The notes: generated by a model from the letters alone, not told the origin. A DNA stretch of 54,616 bases from Candidatus Micrarchaeota archaeon (GCA_040754495.1 JBFMCO010000041.1:1-54616), one strand, 5' to 3'; positions 1-9,268 are shown, counted from the stretch's first letter. Made by a program: numbers and translations.

Positions 1-65
1 TGCCTTAACTCTTCAACGGATATTTTGGGGAGGAATTCATCTCCTTTTGGTAGATGCCAGACCAT
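1..65 (-). mobile_element. Possible N-terminus of an IS630-like transposase ORF (MVWHLPKGDEFLPKISVEELR...), running off the window edge
   Basis: Manual translation from the ATG at 65 gives an open frame to position 1. It resembles archaeal IS630-type transposase N-termini from recall only. A 13-bp palindrome TAGATA-G-TATCTA lies at 65-77 and the context is AT-rich. Confidence 0.3.
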
Positions 66-113
66 AGATAGTATCTACGGAGGACAATTTATAAAAGTTC
101 GTCTAATTTTGTC

Positions 114-653
114 CTAGACTATAAATATAAATGAACAATCCTCGTCATTAAATTCTACAGTTATTTCAGTTTCTTTATTTCTATAATCAATTTCAAAACT
201 ACCATAATATTTTAACGTGAATTTTTCAGTTGCCTCTAAGAATAACTCGGCAACATCTATCGCGGTTTCCACGTCATCTTTTTTTGGATATTCATAATCG
301 TGTTCTAAACGATTTCTTGTTCAATTAATCTTCTCTAAAATCTTAGGTCCTACTATATTGAGATTTTTTAAGAATGATATTTTAGTCGGAAAATTCCATC
401 TTTCCTTTTTAGCTTTTTTGTAATGGCCTAAAAAATAGAGTAATGTGTCAACTTGACACCCTATAGCCCTCTTTGTATTAGATAGGGCATTTATCGTATT
501 TCTTTTTGTTTTTAAATTTAAATCCGATTTTGCAAATCTTAAGAAATCGTATGGGGATATTTTGAAAACAGGACTACTCCAATTTCCTCCCCCTGTATCT
601 AACCAAAGCCCCTTCAGGGTTTGATTCAATACTCGTTCTTCATTTAACTCCAT
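114..653 (-). pseudogene. HEPN-like protein gene interrupted by an in-frame TGA at 321-323
   Basis: The track ORF 321..653 ends ...KILEKIN*. The same frame continues TRNRLEHDYEYPKKDDVETAIDVAELFLEATEKF... to a TAG at 114-116. RNRLEH is an RxxxxH HEPN-type motif. The region is AT-rich relative to the rest of the window. Confidence 0.7.
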
Positions 654-704
654 ATACTGATATTAATCAAAATAGCATTATTAACCTCAACGTGAGCTTT
701 AAAT

Positions 705-900
705 TCTCTGCCCATCAGAACCGCCCTCGGTTGCGAGGTCGAAGGGTTTCCCAGGACCTGAGCCTGAAGTTCAATGTAGTTTATGAGATTCGAACCCTTA
801 GCTCGGGATAGTAAATTCGTTCTGTTCCGAGCCCAAGGCTCGGTAGTCTTCCCCTGCATTTTTGTTCACACCCAGTGCAATGCGCTCGGCGTGAACACGT
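705..900. other. Densely structured intergenic element (candidate ncRNA or IS200/IS605-like palindromic remnant)
   Basis: Hairpins at 725-738, 801-832, 827-843 and 863-897, plus a long-range stem 742-748/793-799. Confidence 0.4.
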
Positions 901-945
901 TGTTTCAAAACCTGATTTTCCCGGATTGGGGCAGATTAATTAAAA

Positions 946-961
946 GTTAGGTGCACTTAAC
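946..961 (+). promoter_or_regulatory. DtxR/MntR-family operator GTTAGGTGCACTTAAC, just downstream of a TATA-like ATTAATTAAAA
   Basis: Near-perfect 16-bp palindrome resembling the TTAGGT-N2-ACCTAA box of DtxR-family regulators, 5 bp upstream of the dtxR ATG. Confidence 0.75.
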
Positions 962-966
962 AATAT

Positions 967-1572
967 ATGGCAGAAAAGCTCACCCCCGAGGCCGAAGAAT
1001 ACCTCGAAACCCTGGCAAGGATGAAAGAGCTGGACAAGGAGCCTACGGTGTCGGAGCTGGCCTCCGCGCTCAGCGTGTCAAAGGCGAGCGTGAGCCAGAT
1101 GCTCGGCAAGATGGCACAGAAGGGGCTGGTAAGATACCAGAGGTACGGGGAGATATCACTCACGCAAAGGGGCGCGGCCGAGGGCGCCAGGGTGCTGCGC
1201 AAGCATCGCCTGATAGAGCGGTTCCTGGCGTTCATCGGTTTGCGCAGGCACGTGCACGAGGAAGCATGCATCCTCGAGCACGCGGTGTCGGACCAGGTGG
1301 AGAAACAGATGCGCAATGCCATGCGCAACGCCCATCCGGCTGCGGTCCCGCTCACCAGCCTGGGCAGCGGGGAAAGCGCCAGCGTCGCGATTGTTGATGC
1401 TGGCGCAAAGGCGTCGCAGAGGCTTGCTGATATGGGCCTCACCAAAGGCACCCGGATCACGCTCTTAAAGGCGGCTCCGTTCAAGGGGCCGGTCAAAATC
1501 CTGGTCAGGGACACTACGCTGGCGCTGGGAAGGTCTGTGGCGGGAAGGATATTCGTCGAGGTGGCCCGGTGA
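967..1572 (+). CDS. DtxR/MntR-family metal-dependent repressor with C-terminal FeoA (SH3-like) domain
   Basis: [20 protein letters not shown] and EEACILEH metal-site motifs. The C-terminal RLADMGL..G..I...APFKGPV is FeoA-like. Confidence 0.93.
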   Translation: MAEKLTPEAEEYLETLARMKELDKEPTVSELASALSVSKASVSQMLGKMAQKGLVRYQRYGEISLTQRGAAEGARVLRKHRLIERFLAFIGLRRHVHEEACILEHAVSDQVEKQMRNAMRNAHPAAVPLTSLGSGESASVAIVDAGAKASQRLADMGLTKGTRITLLKAAPFKGPVKILVRDTTLALGRSVAGRIFVEVAR

Positions 1573-3542
1573 GCATGGGATACTGCTGCAAACCTCGCTC
1601 AGGCAGCGGAAGTGCCCGGGACGGTGCGGAAAAGATACGGATAGCGCTCGCAGGCAATTCTAACGTCGGCAAGAGTGCGCTGTTCAACTGCCTCACCGGC
1701 ATGTCCCAGCACGTTGCGAACTGGCCCGGCAAGACGGTTGAGCTGGCAGAAGGCAGGTTGCGTTTCGGAAAATACGACATGGAGATAACCGACCTGCCAG
1801 GAATATACTCGTTCTCGACGTTCTCCATCGAGGAGCGGGTTTCTGAAGAGTACATAATGGAAGAGAAGCCAGACGTGGTGGTAAATGTCGTGGACAGCAC
1901 CGCGCTCGAGCGCAACCTGTTCTTCACCCTTCAGCTGCTCGAGCTTGGCGTTCCGGTTGTCATAGCATTGAACCAGACGGACGCAGCAAAGAAGAGGGGG
2001 ATAGCCATAGATGAGAAGAAGCTCGGCTCCCTGCTTGGTGTGCCCGTCGTATCCACTGTGGCGACCAAAGGACTCGGTGTGCAGAAGCTGGTCGTTTGCT
2101 GCATAGGGCTGGCAAAAAGCCGGAAGGCGTCGAAGGGCAAGATTAGATACGGGAAGGAGGTAGAGGCGGGGATAGGGAATCTGGAAGCGATGCTGGAAGG
2201 ACGCGAGCTTGGATACCCTGCAAGATACGCCGCCATAAGACTGCTCGAAAGCGGGGGGGCATCCATCGGCTATGCCGATAACAGGGATAAAGAGCTCGCT
2301 GAGAAGGCCAGGCGGCTCTCGGAAGAGGTCGGGCGTATCCATGGCGAGCCGGCTTCCATAGTGATGAGCAACGAGAGGTACACTGTCGCAAGCGAAACCG
2401 CTGCAGATGTGCAGTCCCTGACGAAAGGCGGCGAGGCGCTTGCCGAGAGGATAGACGAGTTGACAACTCATCGGGTGCTCGGCTATCTGATAATGCTCCT
2501 TGTGCTCGGGGGAGTATTCTACGCGATATTCGCGTTCGGGGGTTTTCTCTCGGCCTCGATATCGGATTTTTTCAACATGTTCAGGCCCGCAGGCGCGTCG
2601 CTCTCAGACAACCTGGTGTGGGAGGGGCTGGTGGGGGGTTTCGTGGCAGGACTCACGCTAGTGCTGCCTTATGTGCTGCCCTTCTATTTCCTGCTCTCGC
2701 TTCTGGAAGACACCGGATACATCACGAGGGTGGCGTACCTGCTGGACGGACTGGCGCACAGGATAGGCTTCCACGGCAAGGCCATAATCCCGCTGCTGCT
2801 CGGCTATGGCTGCAACGTGCCTGCATGCATAGGCTGCAGGATAATGGAATACGAGAGGGATAGGCTGATAACCGCCTTCGCGGTGACGCTTGTGCCATGC
2901 ACTGCAAGGATGGTCGTTATTCTGACGCTTGTCGCTGCGTTCCTCGGAATCTGGTGGGCAGCCGCGATTTACATCGGGAACCTCGTGCTGATAGCGATGC
3001 TGGCAAAGGTGGCGTTCAAGGTCCTGCCTGGAGAACCAGTAGGGCTGATAATGGAGATGCCCCGCTACCGGCTTCCATCGCTCAAGAGCGTGGCGAAGCA
3101 GACCGTGTTCAGGACCAAATCCCTGCTGACAATCGTTTTCCCCTATTACATTGGAGGTGGGCTCGTTCTCGCGCTGCTCCAGCTCTCAGGCGTGCTCGCC
3201 CTGCTGAACAACCTGTTTCAGCCAGTCATAGTCGGCTGGATGGGATTGCCCGCGATTACAGGCACGCTCCTAATTTTTGGCATTGTCCGGAAGGAATTCA
3301 TAGTCGTGCTCCCGTCCGTGCTCTACGGTACGGCCAACCTCGCGCTGATATTCACCCCGCTCCAGATGGTGGTCCTCGCCTCGGTCGCCATGCTCTACAT
3401 CCCCTGCTTCGCGACAATAGAGGCGCTAAGGCGGGAATTCGGCTGGAAAAAGGCGCTTTTCATAACCGGATTCGAGATTGTGCTCGCAATCGTGCTCGGG
3501 GGGTTGATTGCGAGGCTGCTGCCTGCGCTCGGCATTTTGTGA
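1569..3542 (+). CDS. feoB: Ferrous iron transporter FeoB
   Basis: G1 GNSNVGKS, G2 NWPGKTVE, G3 DLPG, then GYGCNVPA and PCTAR gate/core motifs with multiple TM helices. Overlaps the dtxR stop. Start is GTG 1569 or ATG 1575. Confidence 0.97.
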   Translation: MSMGYCCKPRSGSGSARDGAEKIRIALAGNSNVGKSALFNCLTGMSQHVANWPGKTVELAEGRLRFGKYDMEITDLPGIYSFSTFSIEERVSEEYIMEEKPDVVVNVVDSTALERNLFFTLQLLELGVPVVIALNQTDAAKKRGIAIDEKKLGSLLGVPVVSTVATKGLGVQKLVVCCIGLAKSRKASKGKIRYGKEVEAGIGNLEAMLEGRELGYPARYAAIRLLESGGASIGYADNRDKELAEKARRLSEEVGRIHGEPASIVMSNERYTVASETAADVQSLTKGGEALAERIDELTTHRVLGYLIMLLVLGGVFYAIFAFGGFLSASISDFFNMFRPAGASLSDNLVWEGLVGGFVAGLTLVLPYVLPFYFLLSLLEDTGYITRVAYLLDGLAHRIGFHGKAIIPLLLGYGCNVPACIGCRIMEYERDRLITAFAVTLVPCTARMVVILTLVAAFLGIWWAAAIYIGNLVLIAMLAKVAFKVLPGEPVGLIMEMPRYRLPSLKSVAKQTVFRTKSLLTIVFPYYIGGGLVLALLQLSGVLALLNNLFQPVIVGWMGLPAITGTLLIFGIVRKEFIVVLPSVLYGTANLALIFTPLQMVVLASVAMLYIPCFATIEALRREFGWKKALFITGFEIVLAIVLGGLIARLLPALGIL

Positions 3543-3687
3543 GCGGGTCGGGCTCGATTGATAACAGGCCGGCATCCCGCGTGATTCCCCGGAAACTCTT
3601 AGGTATCGTGTGAAAACCTACGTTGTTTCCCCACTTTTTTGGTTTCCTAAACATACATTTATATACACTTTTGGACAATTCCACGGC

Positions 3688-4833
3688 ATGGTCCGCGTGC
3701 CAGGCGATAAGCCCCCGCAGGAGTCGGCCAGGCCAGTCCCCAGGCGCTCGGACATACGCTCGTTCGGGCCCAAAAGCGCAACCTTCGACGATGAGAGCCG
3801 GGAAATGCGCGAGATATGCGACGCCCTTTTCGAGAGGTCCACAGATGCGGTCTTCATCTGCCAGCTCGACGGGACCTTCATAAGGGCGAACCCGGCGGCC
3901 CTCTCGCTCCTTGGCGTCAGCGTAGATGCGCTTCAGGAATCGCGCTTCCTCGATTTCATACCCAACGAAGAGCTGAGCGGCGCTGTGGAATCCATGCGCG
4001 AGATAATAGAAACCGGTTCGCAGGCCGAGATGCGCCGGTTCCATATCCGCTCCCGCTCAGGCTCCGAGGTCGCGGTCAATACGCGTGCCAGCCTCCTCAC
4101 GAACGAAGGGGAGCCGTATGCAATCCTCGCCATCGCGCGGGACGTCTCGGAATCCATGGGCGAGGTTTCGGGGAGGGCCGCGCATGACATAAGGAACCTG
4201 CTTACCCCCATAACGATGCTCGTGAACCATCTTTCCCACATGGACTTCTCCTCGCCGGAGGCGCTCGCCAGCCTGAGGTTCCTTCTTCCGGCATCCTCGG
4301 AGGCGCTCCAGAGGGTGGACCGGCTCCTCTTGGAGCTTTCCCATCTGACCTCGCCGGGCATGAGGGAGGTATCCAGAGTCCCCATGGAAGACCTGCTCAC
4401 CAGCCTCATAGTCCGCGCCAGGGCATCCATAAAGGATGAAGGCACGCGCCGCTACTCCTTCGCGGTGGATTTCTGCCCGGGCAGCCCGGTTATCCTTGGA
4501 GACAGGGCAAAACTGGACCGGGCGATATGGAACATAATCAGGAACGCCATTGATGCGATGCCGGAAGGCGGCGAGATAAGCGTATGCACGGGCATCCACG
4601 ATGGCAAGAGCCTCCTCATCGTCATCTCGGACACCGGCCCGGGAATGGATGAGGAGACCAGACCAATGGTGTTCAAGCCCTACTTCACGACAAAAGGGGA
4701 GCGCGGGACCGGGCTCGGCCTCGCGATAACGCAGAAAGTGATAAACGACCATGGGGGCTCGGTTTCAGTGGAAAGCGAGCCAGGGAAGGGGACTACCTTC
4801 CTGATTGCTCTCCCCCTTCCCTCTGAATCCTGA
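3688..4833 (+). CDS. Cytoplasmic PAS-domain sensor histidine kinase
   Basis: PAS (FIRANPAALSLLG), H-box HDIRNLLTPI, N-box NIIRNAIDAM, G1 DTGPGM, F-box FKPYFTTK and G2 GTGLGL. Start moved to ATG 3688, downstream of TTTATATA. Confidence 0.93.
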   Translation: MVRVPGDKPPQESARPVPRRSDIRSFGPKSATFDDESREMREICDALFERSTDAVFICQLDGTFIRANPAALSLLGVSVDALQESRFLDFIPNEELSGAVESMREIIETGSQAEMRRFHIRSRSGSEVAVNTRASLLTNEGEPYAILAIARDVSESMGEVSGRAAHDIRNLLTPITMLVNHLSHMDFSSPEALASLRFLLPASSEALQRVDRLLLELSHLTSPGMREVSRVPMEDLLTSLIVRARASIKDEGTRRYSFAVDFCPGSPVILGDRAKLDRAIWNIIRNAIDAMPEGGEISVCTGIHDGKSLLIVISDTGPGMDEETRPMVFKPYFTTKGERGTGLGLAITQKVINDHGGSVSVESEPGKGTTFLIALPLPSES

Positions 4834-5878
4834 TTTCCCCGCTTGCGACCGCCCGGATGAAATCCCTGAAAAGCTCGCCATGGACCTGCCAGGAGCCGTT
4901 GCATCTGGCCCACCCGCTTTCCTGCAGCGCCTGCAGGACCCCGGCATCCGCGGCCGCCTCGTTGAAAGTCCCCGTGGCGATTGCCTGGATCGCGTCGCTT
5001 TCGGCCGGAGTCATGGCCGTGAGGAGAATCCTCGCATAATTGTCCACGACCCATCTCCCGTGCTCGTCCTGGAGCAGGGCCCCCATATTCACTGATTCAT
5101 CCACCATGCCGGCCTCAAGCACGCCGGCCCCGGTGGTTTCCATGAATGAAGCGGCCATGTATGCGAACGTGAACGCCTCCCACGGCTTGTTCCCGGAAAG
5201 CGCTGCCAGCCTCTCGACGGCTTGGGGCGCCACTGAGATACCGTACTCCGATGCCGGGGCGCCGATGATGTGCTCCATCTCTTCGTCCGAGATGGGCGGC
5301 ACGAAAACGGTCTCGAATTTACCGTCCCGCACAAGCTCCCTCATGAAAACCCCGTCGACCTTCGCGTTCCTGTGGCACACAAGCATCAGGCCTATGTTCG
5401 GCGGGACCGATTTTATATGCCCCAGGACCTCAGCCATCGCCTGATCGCCGAGCGCGTTCAGGGCTATAAGCTCGTCTATCCCTATGATGAGCCTTCCCTG
5501 CAGGTTCTTCAGCACGTCCAGGGGGGCTTCCGGGTTGATGGGCACGCCGGAAGCGCCGGCCATCTCGAAGAACCCGCCAAGCTTATCCCGTATCTTCTCA
5601 AGAGCCTCCTCTTTGGATGCGGGCAGGCCGTCCGCGTTGTAGTCGCTCCTCAAATCAAATGAGAATCCGCTCGCCCCCGTCCTTTCACAGGCCTTTCCGA
5701 GCGAGGCCCTCATGAGCTCGGTCTTCCCTATCCTCCAGAAGCCCCGGATGACCACGTTCCTGCCTTCCTCCAGCTTCGCGGCGACGCCCTCGGCGAGCGG
5801 GTCCCGGACGCGAAGGGAATCCGGAAGCTGATAGACGGCCCTCAAATACCCGTGAGAAAGCTTAGGCTCGAGTTTCAT
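4793..5878 (-). CDS. Archaeal-type (AAA_16/STAND-like) P-loop ATPase with C-terminal helical/wHTH region
   Basis: Walker A GFWRIGKT and Walker B IIGIDE. The 3' end overlaps the kinase 3' end by 41 bp. Confidence 0.8.
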   Translation of the reverse strand: MKLEPKLSHGYLRAVYQLPDSLRVRDPLAEGVAAKLEEGRNVVIRGFWRIGKTELMRASLGKACERTGASGFSFDLRSDYNADGLPASKEEALEKIRDKLGGFFEMAGASGVPINPEAPLDVLKNLQGRLIIGIDELIALNALGDQAMAEVLGHIKSVPPNIGLMLVCHRNAKVDGVFMRELVRDGKFETVFVPPISDEEMEHIIGAPASEYGISVAPQAVERLAALSGNKPWEAFTFAYMAASFMETTGAGVLEAGMVDESVNMGALLQDEHGRWVVDNYARILLTAMTPAESDAIQAIATGTFNEAAADAGVLQALQESGWARCNGSWQVHGELFRDFIRAVASGEIRIQREGGEQSGR

Positions 5879-5939
5879 GTTGCAGTTATTGTTTAAATGT
5901 CTTTATAAACATAGAAGTTACCAAAAATAGGTGAATATG

Positions 5940-6062
5940 TCAGTAACAGCATGCGTCCTTGAAGCCGCAGTTCCTGCACCTTGCCCTGAAGCTGCCGCGT
6001 ACGGCAAACATGTCCTCGCCGCAGTTCGGGCAGGGCTGACAGGACGCCCCGGGTTCGTCCAT
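5940..6062 (-). CDS. 40-aa CPxCG-type zinc-ribbon micro-protein (MDEPGASCQPCPNCGEDMFAVRGSFRARCRNCGFKDACCY)
   Basis: Manual translation, below the ORF-track cutoff. Two CxxCG knuckles plus a terminal CC. Confidence 0.8.
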   Translation of the reverse strand: MDEPGASCQPCPNCGEDMFAVRGSFRARCRNCGFKDACCY

Positions 6063-6113
6063 GGCACTTTGGCATGCCGAAATCTTTTAAACCCTAGCAG
6101 GGGATTCACCAGC

Positions 6114-6458
6114 ATGGGGTTCACGATTCCGCTCTTCGCCGTGGACGCTCTGCTGGCCATATCCCTAGTGATAGAGGTGTTCGGCCTCATACTCGTTATT
6201 TTCGCGGTCGCCCACTCGGTCTATCGCATCATCAGGATAGAGGTCCTGCACGACAAGCGTTTCCACGAGTACGAGCACACTAAGCGCACGCTCATCCAGA
6301 AGATAATATTCGCGCTGGACTTTTTCGTGGCAGCCGATCTCATCCGGCTCGCAGTCCTATCGGATTTCATGGACATAATGAAAATCGCGATAATCGTGAC
6401 GATAAGGACCATGCTCAGCTGGTCGCTGAGCAAGGAGATCCACCTCCACAAGGAGTGA
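6114..6458 (+). CDS. DUF1622-family small membrane protein
   Basis: LIQKIIFALDFFVAADLIR and IVTIRTMLSWSLSKEI match the DUF1622 pattern. The true start is probably ATG 6114. Confidence 0.85.
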   Translation: MGFTIPLFAVDALLAISLVIEVFGLILVIFAVAHSVYRIIRIEVLHDKRFHEYEHTKRTLIQKIIFALDFFVAADLIRLAVLSDFMDIMKIAIIVTIRTMLSWSLSKEIHLHKE

Positions 6459-6462
6459 TAGA

Positions 6463-6906
6463 ATGAAGGTTGAGAGCCCGGCGTTCGGGAACGGCGCGCC
6501 GATACCCAAAAAATACACCTGCGAGGGGGGCAACATCAGCCCCCCGCTTGCAATTTCGGGCGTCCCGGAAAATGCGAAGAGCCTGGCGCTCGTCTGCGAC
6601 GACCGTGATGCGCCCATGGGGACATTCGTGCACTGGGTTGCGTGGAAGCTTCCCTCCTCGCTCAAGGGGATCATGGAAGGCGCGAAGCTTCCGGGCGTGG
6701 AAGGGACGAACGATTTCGGGCGGGCCGGCTACGGCGGGCCCTGCCCGCCGAGGGGCCACGGCCCGCACAGGTACTCATTCCGGCTCTACGCCCTGGACAC
6801 GCAGATGAACCTCCGCCCCGGAGCATCGAGGCACGAGCTTGAGAGGGCGATGGAGGGGCATGTCCTGGAAAATGCCGAGCTGATTGGCACCTACGAAAGA
6901 AAATAG
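6463..6906 (+). CDS. YbhB/YbcL family (PEBP/Raf kinase inhibitor-like) protein
   Basis: SPAFGNG..IP.KYTCEG, DxDAP, FVHW, GTNDFG, YGGPCPP and HRYSF motifs. Confidence 0.95.
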   Translation: MKVESPAFGNGAPIPKKYTCEGGNISPPLAISGVPENAKSLALVCDDRDAPMGTFVHWVAWKLPSSLKGIMEGAKLPGVEGTNDFGRAGYGGPCPPRGHGPHRYSFRLYALDTQMNLRPGASRHELERAMEGHVLENAELIGTYERK

Positions 6907-6924
6907 GGGCGTCCATACTCGATG

Positions 6925-6954
6925 CTGGAAACCCGGAACTGGAAACTGAAAACC
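6925..6954 (+). repeat. Intergenic heptamer array (CYGGAAA)n, copy 1
   Basis: CTGGAAA CCCGGAA CTGGAAA CTGAAAA CC. Confidence 0.8.
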
Positions 6955-6987
6955 ACATCAGTCAGGGCTGAGGCGAGCGGTCTATAA

Positions 6988-8292
6988 TCAGAGGTATCCC
7001 CACATTATGAGCCTGTCGCCGTCCTCTGTCCATCTGGTCCCTATGTCGGTCCTGTAGAACATGTTCGGTATTATGATGTTCCTTATCCTGTTGTAGGCGA
7101 CCTTCCTGGCCTCGTCCATCGTCGTGCCAGAGCCGGTCACGACGAGCGCGTAGCCGGAGTTCCCGGCAAGCCGCCAGTCGTTCTCAACCAGCTTGACATC
7201 GCCCAGGTGGATGCCCTCAAAGCTCGGCTTCTTGAAAATTATGGAGGCGTCCTCCGAGAAGCGCTTGAAAGCGTCCGGGTCGTGGAACGGGAACGGGGGG
7301 ACGGCCACCACGATGCCCACCTCGAAAGCCCGCTTGGTCCGGAGCTCCGGCTTCTCCTTCCTCGCGATTCCATTGAGGAACGTACCCCATTCCGAGAGCA
7401 CCCCTTCCATCGCTATGCTGATATGGGGGTAGCCGAACCTGGTCGTGAACTCCAGGGGGTAGATGCCCCGGGAGTTCGCTATGCAGTTGATGTCTATGTA
7501 GCCGACGTAGCCGGAAGCCGCGAGCTTCTCCTTCATCCTGGCAAGCGTGAGGTCGAATATCGGGCTCCTGTTCGTGAAGAACATCGTGGTGCCCATCTCC
7601 CCGGTGCTCGGGCCGATGTCGCCCGGGAACATCCTCTTGTGCTCGAAATTAACGTTTATGGGCATCAGGAAGTCCTCCCCGTTGAAGAACGCGCCGACGG
7701 CCACCTCCACGCCGGAGATGTATTTCTGTATCTGGAACTCCTTTATCTTCTTGCCCCAGTTTATCTTGTACCTCTCCAGCATCTCGAGGATGTCGCGGCC
7801 GTCCTCTTCCTGCCCCACAAAAAGCAGTTCCTTCTCGTTCTGGGCGAGGCCGCTCGGCTTTATGACGTACCGGTCCGGGTTCTTCCTGATGAAATCAATG
7901 GCCTCGTCGAAGTTCGAGAAGTTCCACCTGGGGATTATCGATATCCCGGCCGCCTTCATCTCGGCCTGCCCGAATTCGCGGTCCATCTCCAGCTTGTCGC
8001 TGTAAGCGCTGCCGCCAACGACCGGCTTTCCGGCCTTCCTCAGCCTGTCGGCTTCCTCCCCGAAGCCGAAATCGTCGAAAACGACGCAGTCGGCCCACTC
8101 GACCTGCTCCTTCCAGTTGTCGACCTTGTCTATGAATCCGTCGCACACGTCCTTCTGGTCCTTGGATTGTATGAAGTATCTGACCTCGTGCCCCTCTTTC
8201 TTCACGGCCCATGCCATATCGCCTATCAGCGCGTCTATGGATACGAATAGGAGCTTCAGCCTGGGCTTCGGCTGATTGTTTCCATTGGTCAT
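6988..8292 (-). CDS. PurD-like ATP-grasp ligase (phosphoribosylamine-glycine ligase family)
   Basis: LEMDREFG, YVIKPSG, FEHKR, TGEMG, LEFTTRFGYP and FYRTDIG are PurD-like. The N-terminal GxGGREHA motif is absent. Confidence 0.8.
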   Translation of the reverse strand: MTNGNNQPKPRLKLLFVSIDALIGDMAWAVKKEGHEVRYFIQSKDQKDVCDGFIDKVDNWKEQVEWADCVVFDDFGFGEEADRLRKAGKPVVGGSAYSDKLEMDREFGQAEMKAAGISIIPRWNFSNFDEAIDFIRKNPDRYVIKPSGLAQNEKELLFVGQEEDGRDILEMLERYKINWGKKIKEFQIQKYISGVEVAVGAFFNGEDFLMPINVNFEHKRMFPGDIGPSTGEMGTTMFFTNRSPIFDLTLARMKEKLAASGYVGYIDINCIANSRGIYPLEFTTRFGYPHISIAMEGVLSEWGTFLNGIARKEKPELRTKRAFEVGIVVAVPPFPFHDPDAFKRFSEDASIIFKKPSFEGIHLGDVKLVENDWRLAGNSGYALVVTGSGTTMDEARKVAYNRIRNIIIPNMFYRTDIGTRWTEDGDRLIMWGYL

Positions 8293-8431
8293 GTACTCAT
8301 ATCCCCGAAAAGGTTTATTTGCCTTTTCGCGGGTAAAAGTCGTAGAAAATGGCTATAGATAGCAAAAAATCAGGTTTTTAAAACGCGCGCCTCCATATAA
8401 CCTGCTGCGGCCGGCAGAGCCCCGGCAAACG

Positions 8432-9256
8432 ATGGTGGTTGATTTGGTAGGCGGAGTGAAAGGCATAGGCCGGAGGCCGTTCAATGGCGATACGCGACGC
8501 GGCCCTAGGCACCCCTATCTCATCAGCGAGCTGGAGAGGAGGGGTTGCAGCCCGAAGGTCGACCGCTACGGCAATATCTGGGTTGAGAAGGGCTCCGGCA
8601 AGCCGCTGATTCTCTATTCGTCGCATCTGGACGTGGACCCCCGCATCCGCCGTGTCGGAGTGAGCTGCAGGAAAAAAGGGAACAAGGTAGTGCTCAGCGG
8701 AATCCTGGACAATGCCGTCGGCTGCTACATCAACATGCTTCTTGCGGAACAGGGCCCGAAGAATGGGAGGGCAATTTACGTTTTCACGGCTTCCGAGGAG
8801 ATAGACCGGATTCACGGCCGCAAGTGGGCGCTTAGCGCCAGGGAGGTCGTGAAAGAGCTTAATAAGAGGGGCCTGAAGCCGGACCTCTGCATAGCCATAG
8901 ACGTGACCTACCCGCGCCTCCTCCACCCCCAGCACCGGCTCGACTGGAGCCGGGCCTACGGGGAGCTTTTCGACGTTCATGACAGGACGCACTGCTACCT
9001 TGATGGCTTCGCGAGGCCGTCCTCGAAGCGCATGGCCGAGACATGCCTCCGGAAAGCGCGCGATTCATCCGTGGGGATGAGGCGGTTCCACGGCCATGAC
9101 GAGGCGTTCATCTATGACCGCCTCTCGCCCTCGTTCGCCTTCGGGCCGGTCGTCTACGGGCATTTCGACCGGGCAGACCAGAGGATGCCGCTCACGCACC
9201 TCCGGACCGCGCTGCGGTTCCTCAGGAAAATAGCAGGAGCGAAGCACAGGGCATGA
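8432..9256 (+). CDS. M28/M42-like zinc metallopeptidase
   Basis: Metal-ligand motifs SSHLD, LDNAVG, ASEE, IDVT and a C-terminal H (YGHFD). Confidence 0.75.
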   Translation: MVVDLVGGVKGIGRRPFNGDTRRGPRHPYLISELERRGCSPKVDRYGNIWVEKGSGKPLILYSSHLDVDPRIRRVGVSCRKKGNKVVLSGILDNAVGCYINMLLAEQGPKNGRAIYVFTASEEIDRIHGRKWALSAREVVKELNKRGLKPDLCIAIDVTYPRLLHPQHRLDWSRAYGELFDVHDRTHCYLDGFARPSSKRMAETCLRKARDSSVGMRRFHGHDEAFIYDRLSPSFAFGPVVYGHFDRADQRMPLTHLRTALRFLRKIAGAKHRA

Positions 9257-9268
9257 CGCCTGTCCGCC

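Noticed and set aside
321-323. Selenocysteine reading of the in-frame TGA
   Set aside because: The context is not a redox Cys site, no SECIS-like element was seen, and no sel genes are in the window.
700-760. CTGATG/GAAAC words suggesting a hammerhead or HDV-like ribozyme, or a fluoride riboswitch
   Set aside because: The order and flanking stems do not fit the consensus cores.
785-799. T-loop-like GGTTCGAATC on the minus strand suggesting a tRNA or att site
   Set aside because: No acceptor stem, D-arm or anticodon arm could be built around it, and the T-stem is imperfect.
5893-6190. Track ORFs 5893..6075 and 5918..6190, and the N-terminal 61 aa of 5931..6458
   Set aside because: These are shadows of the 40-aa zinc-finger gene and the DUF1622 gene.
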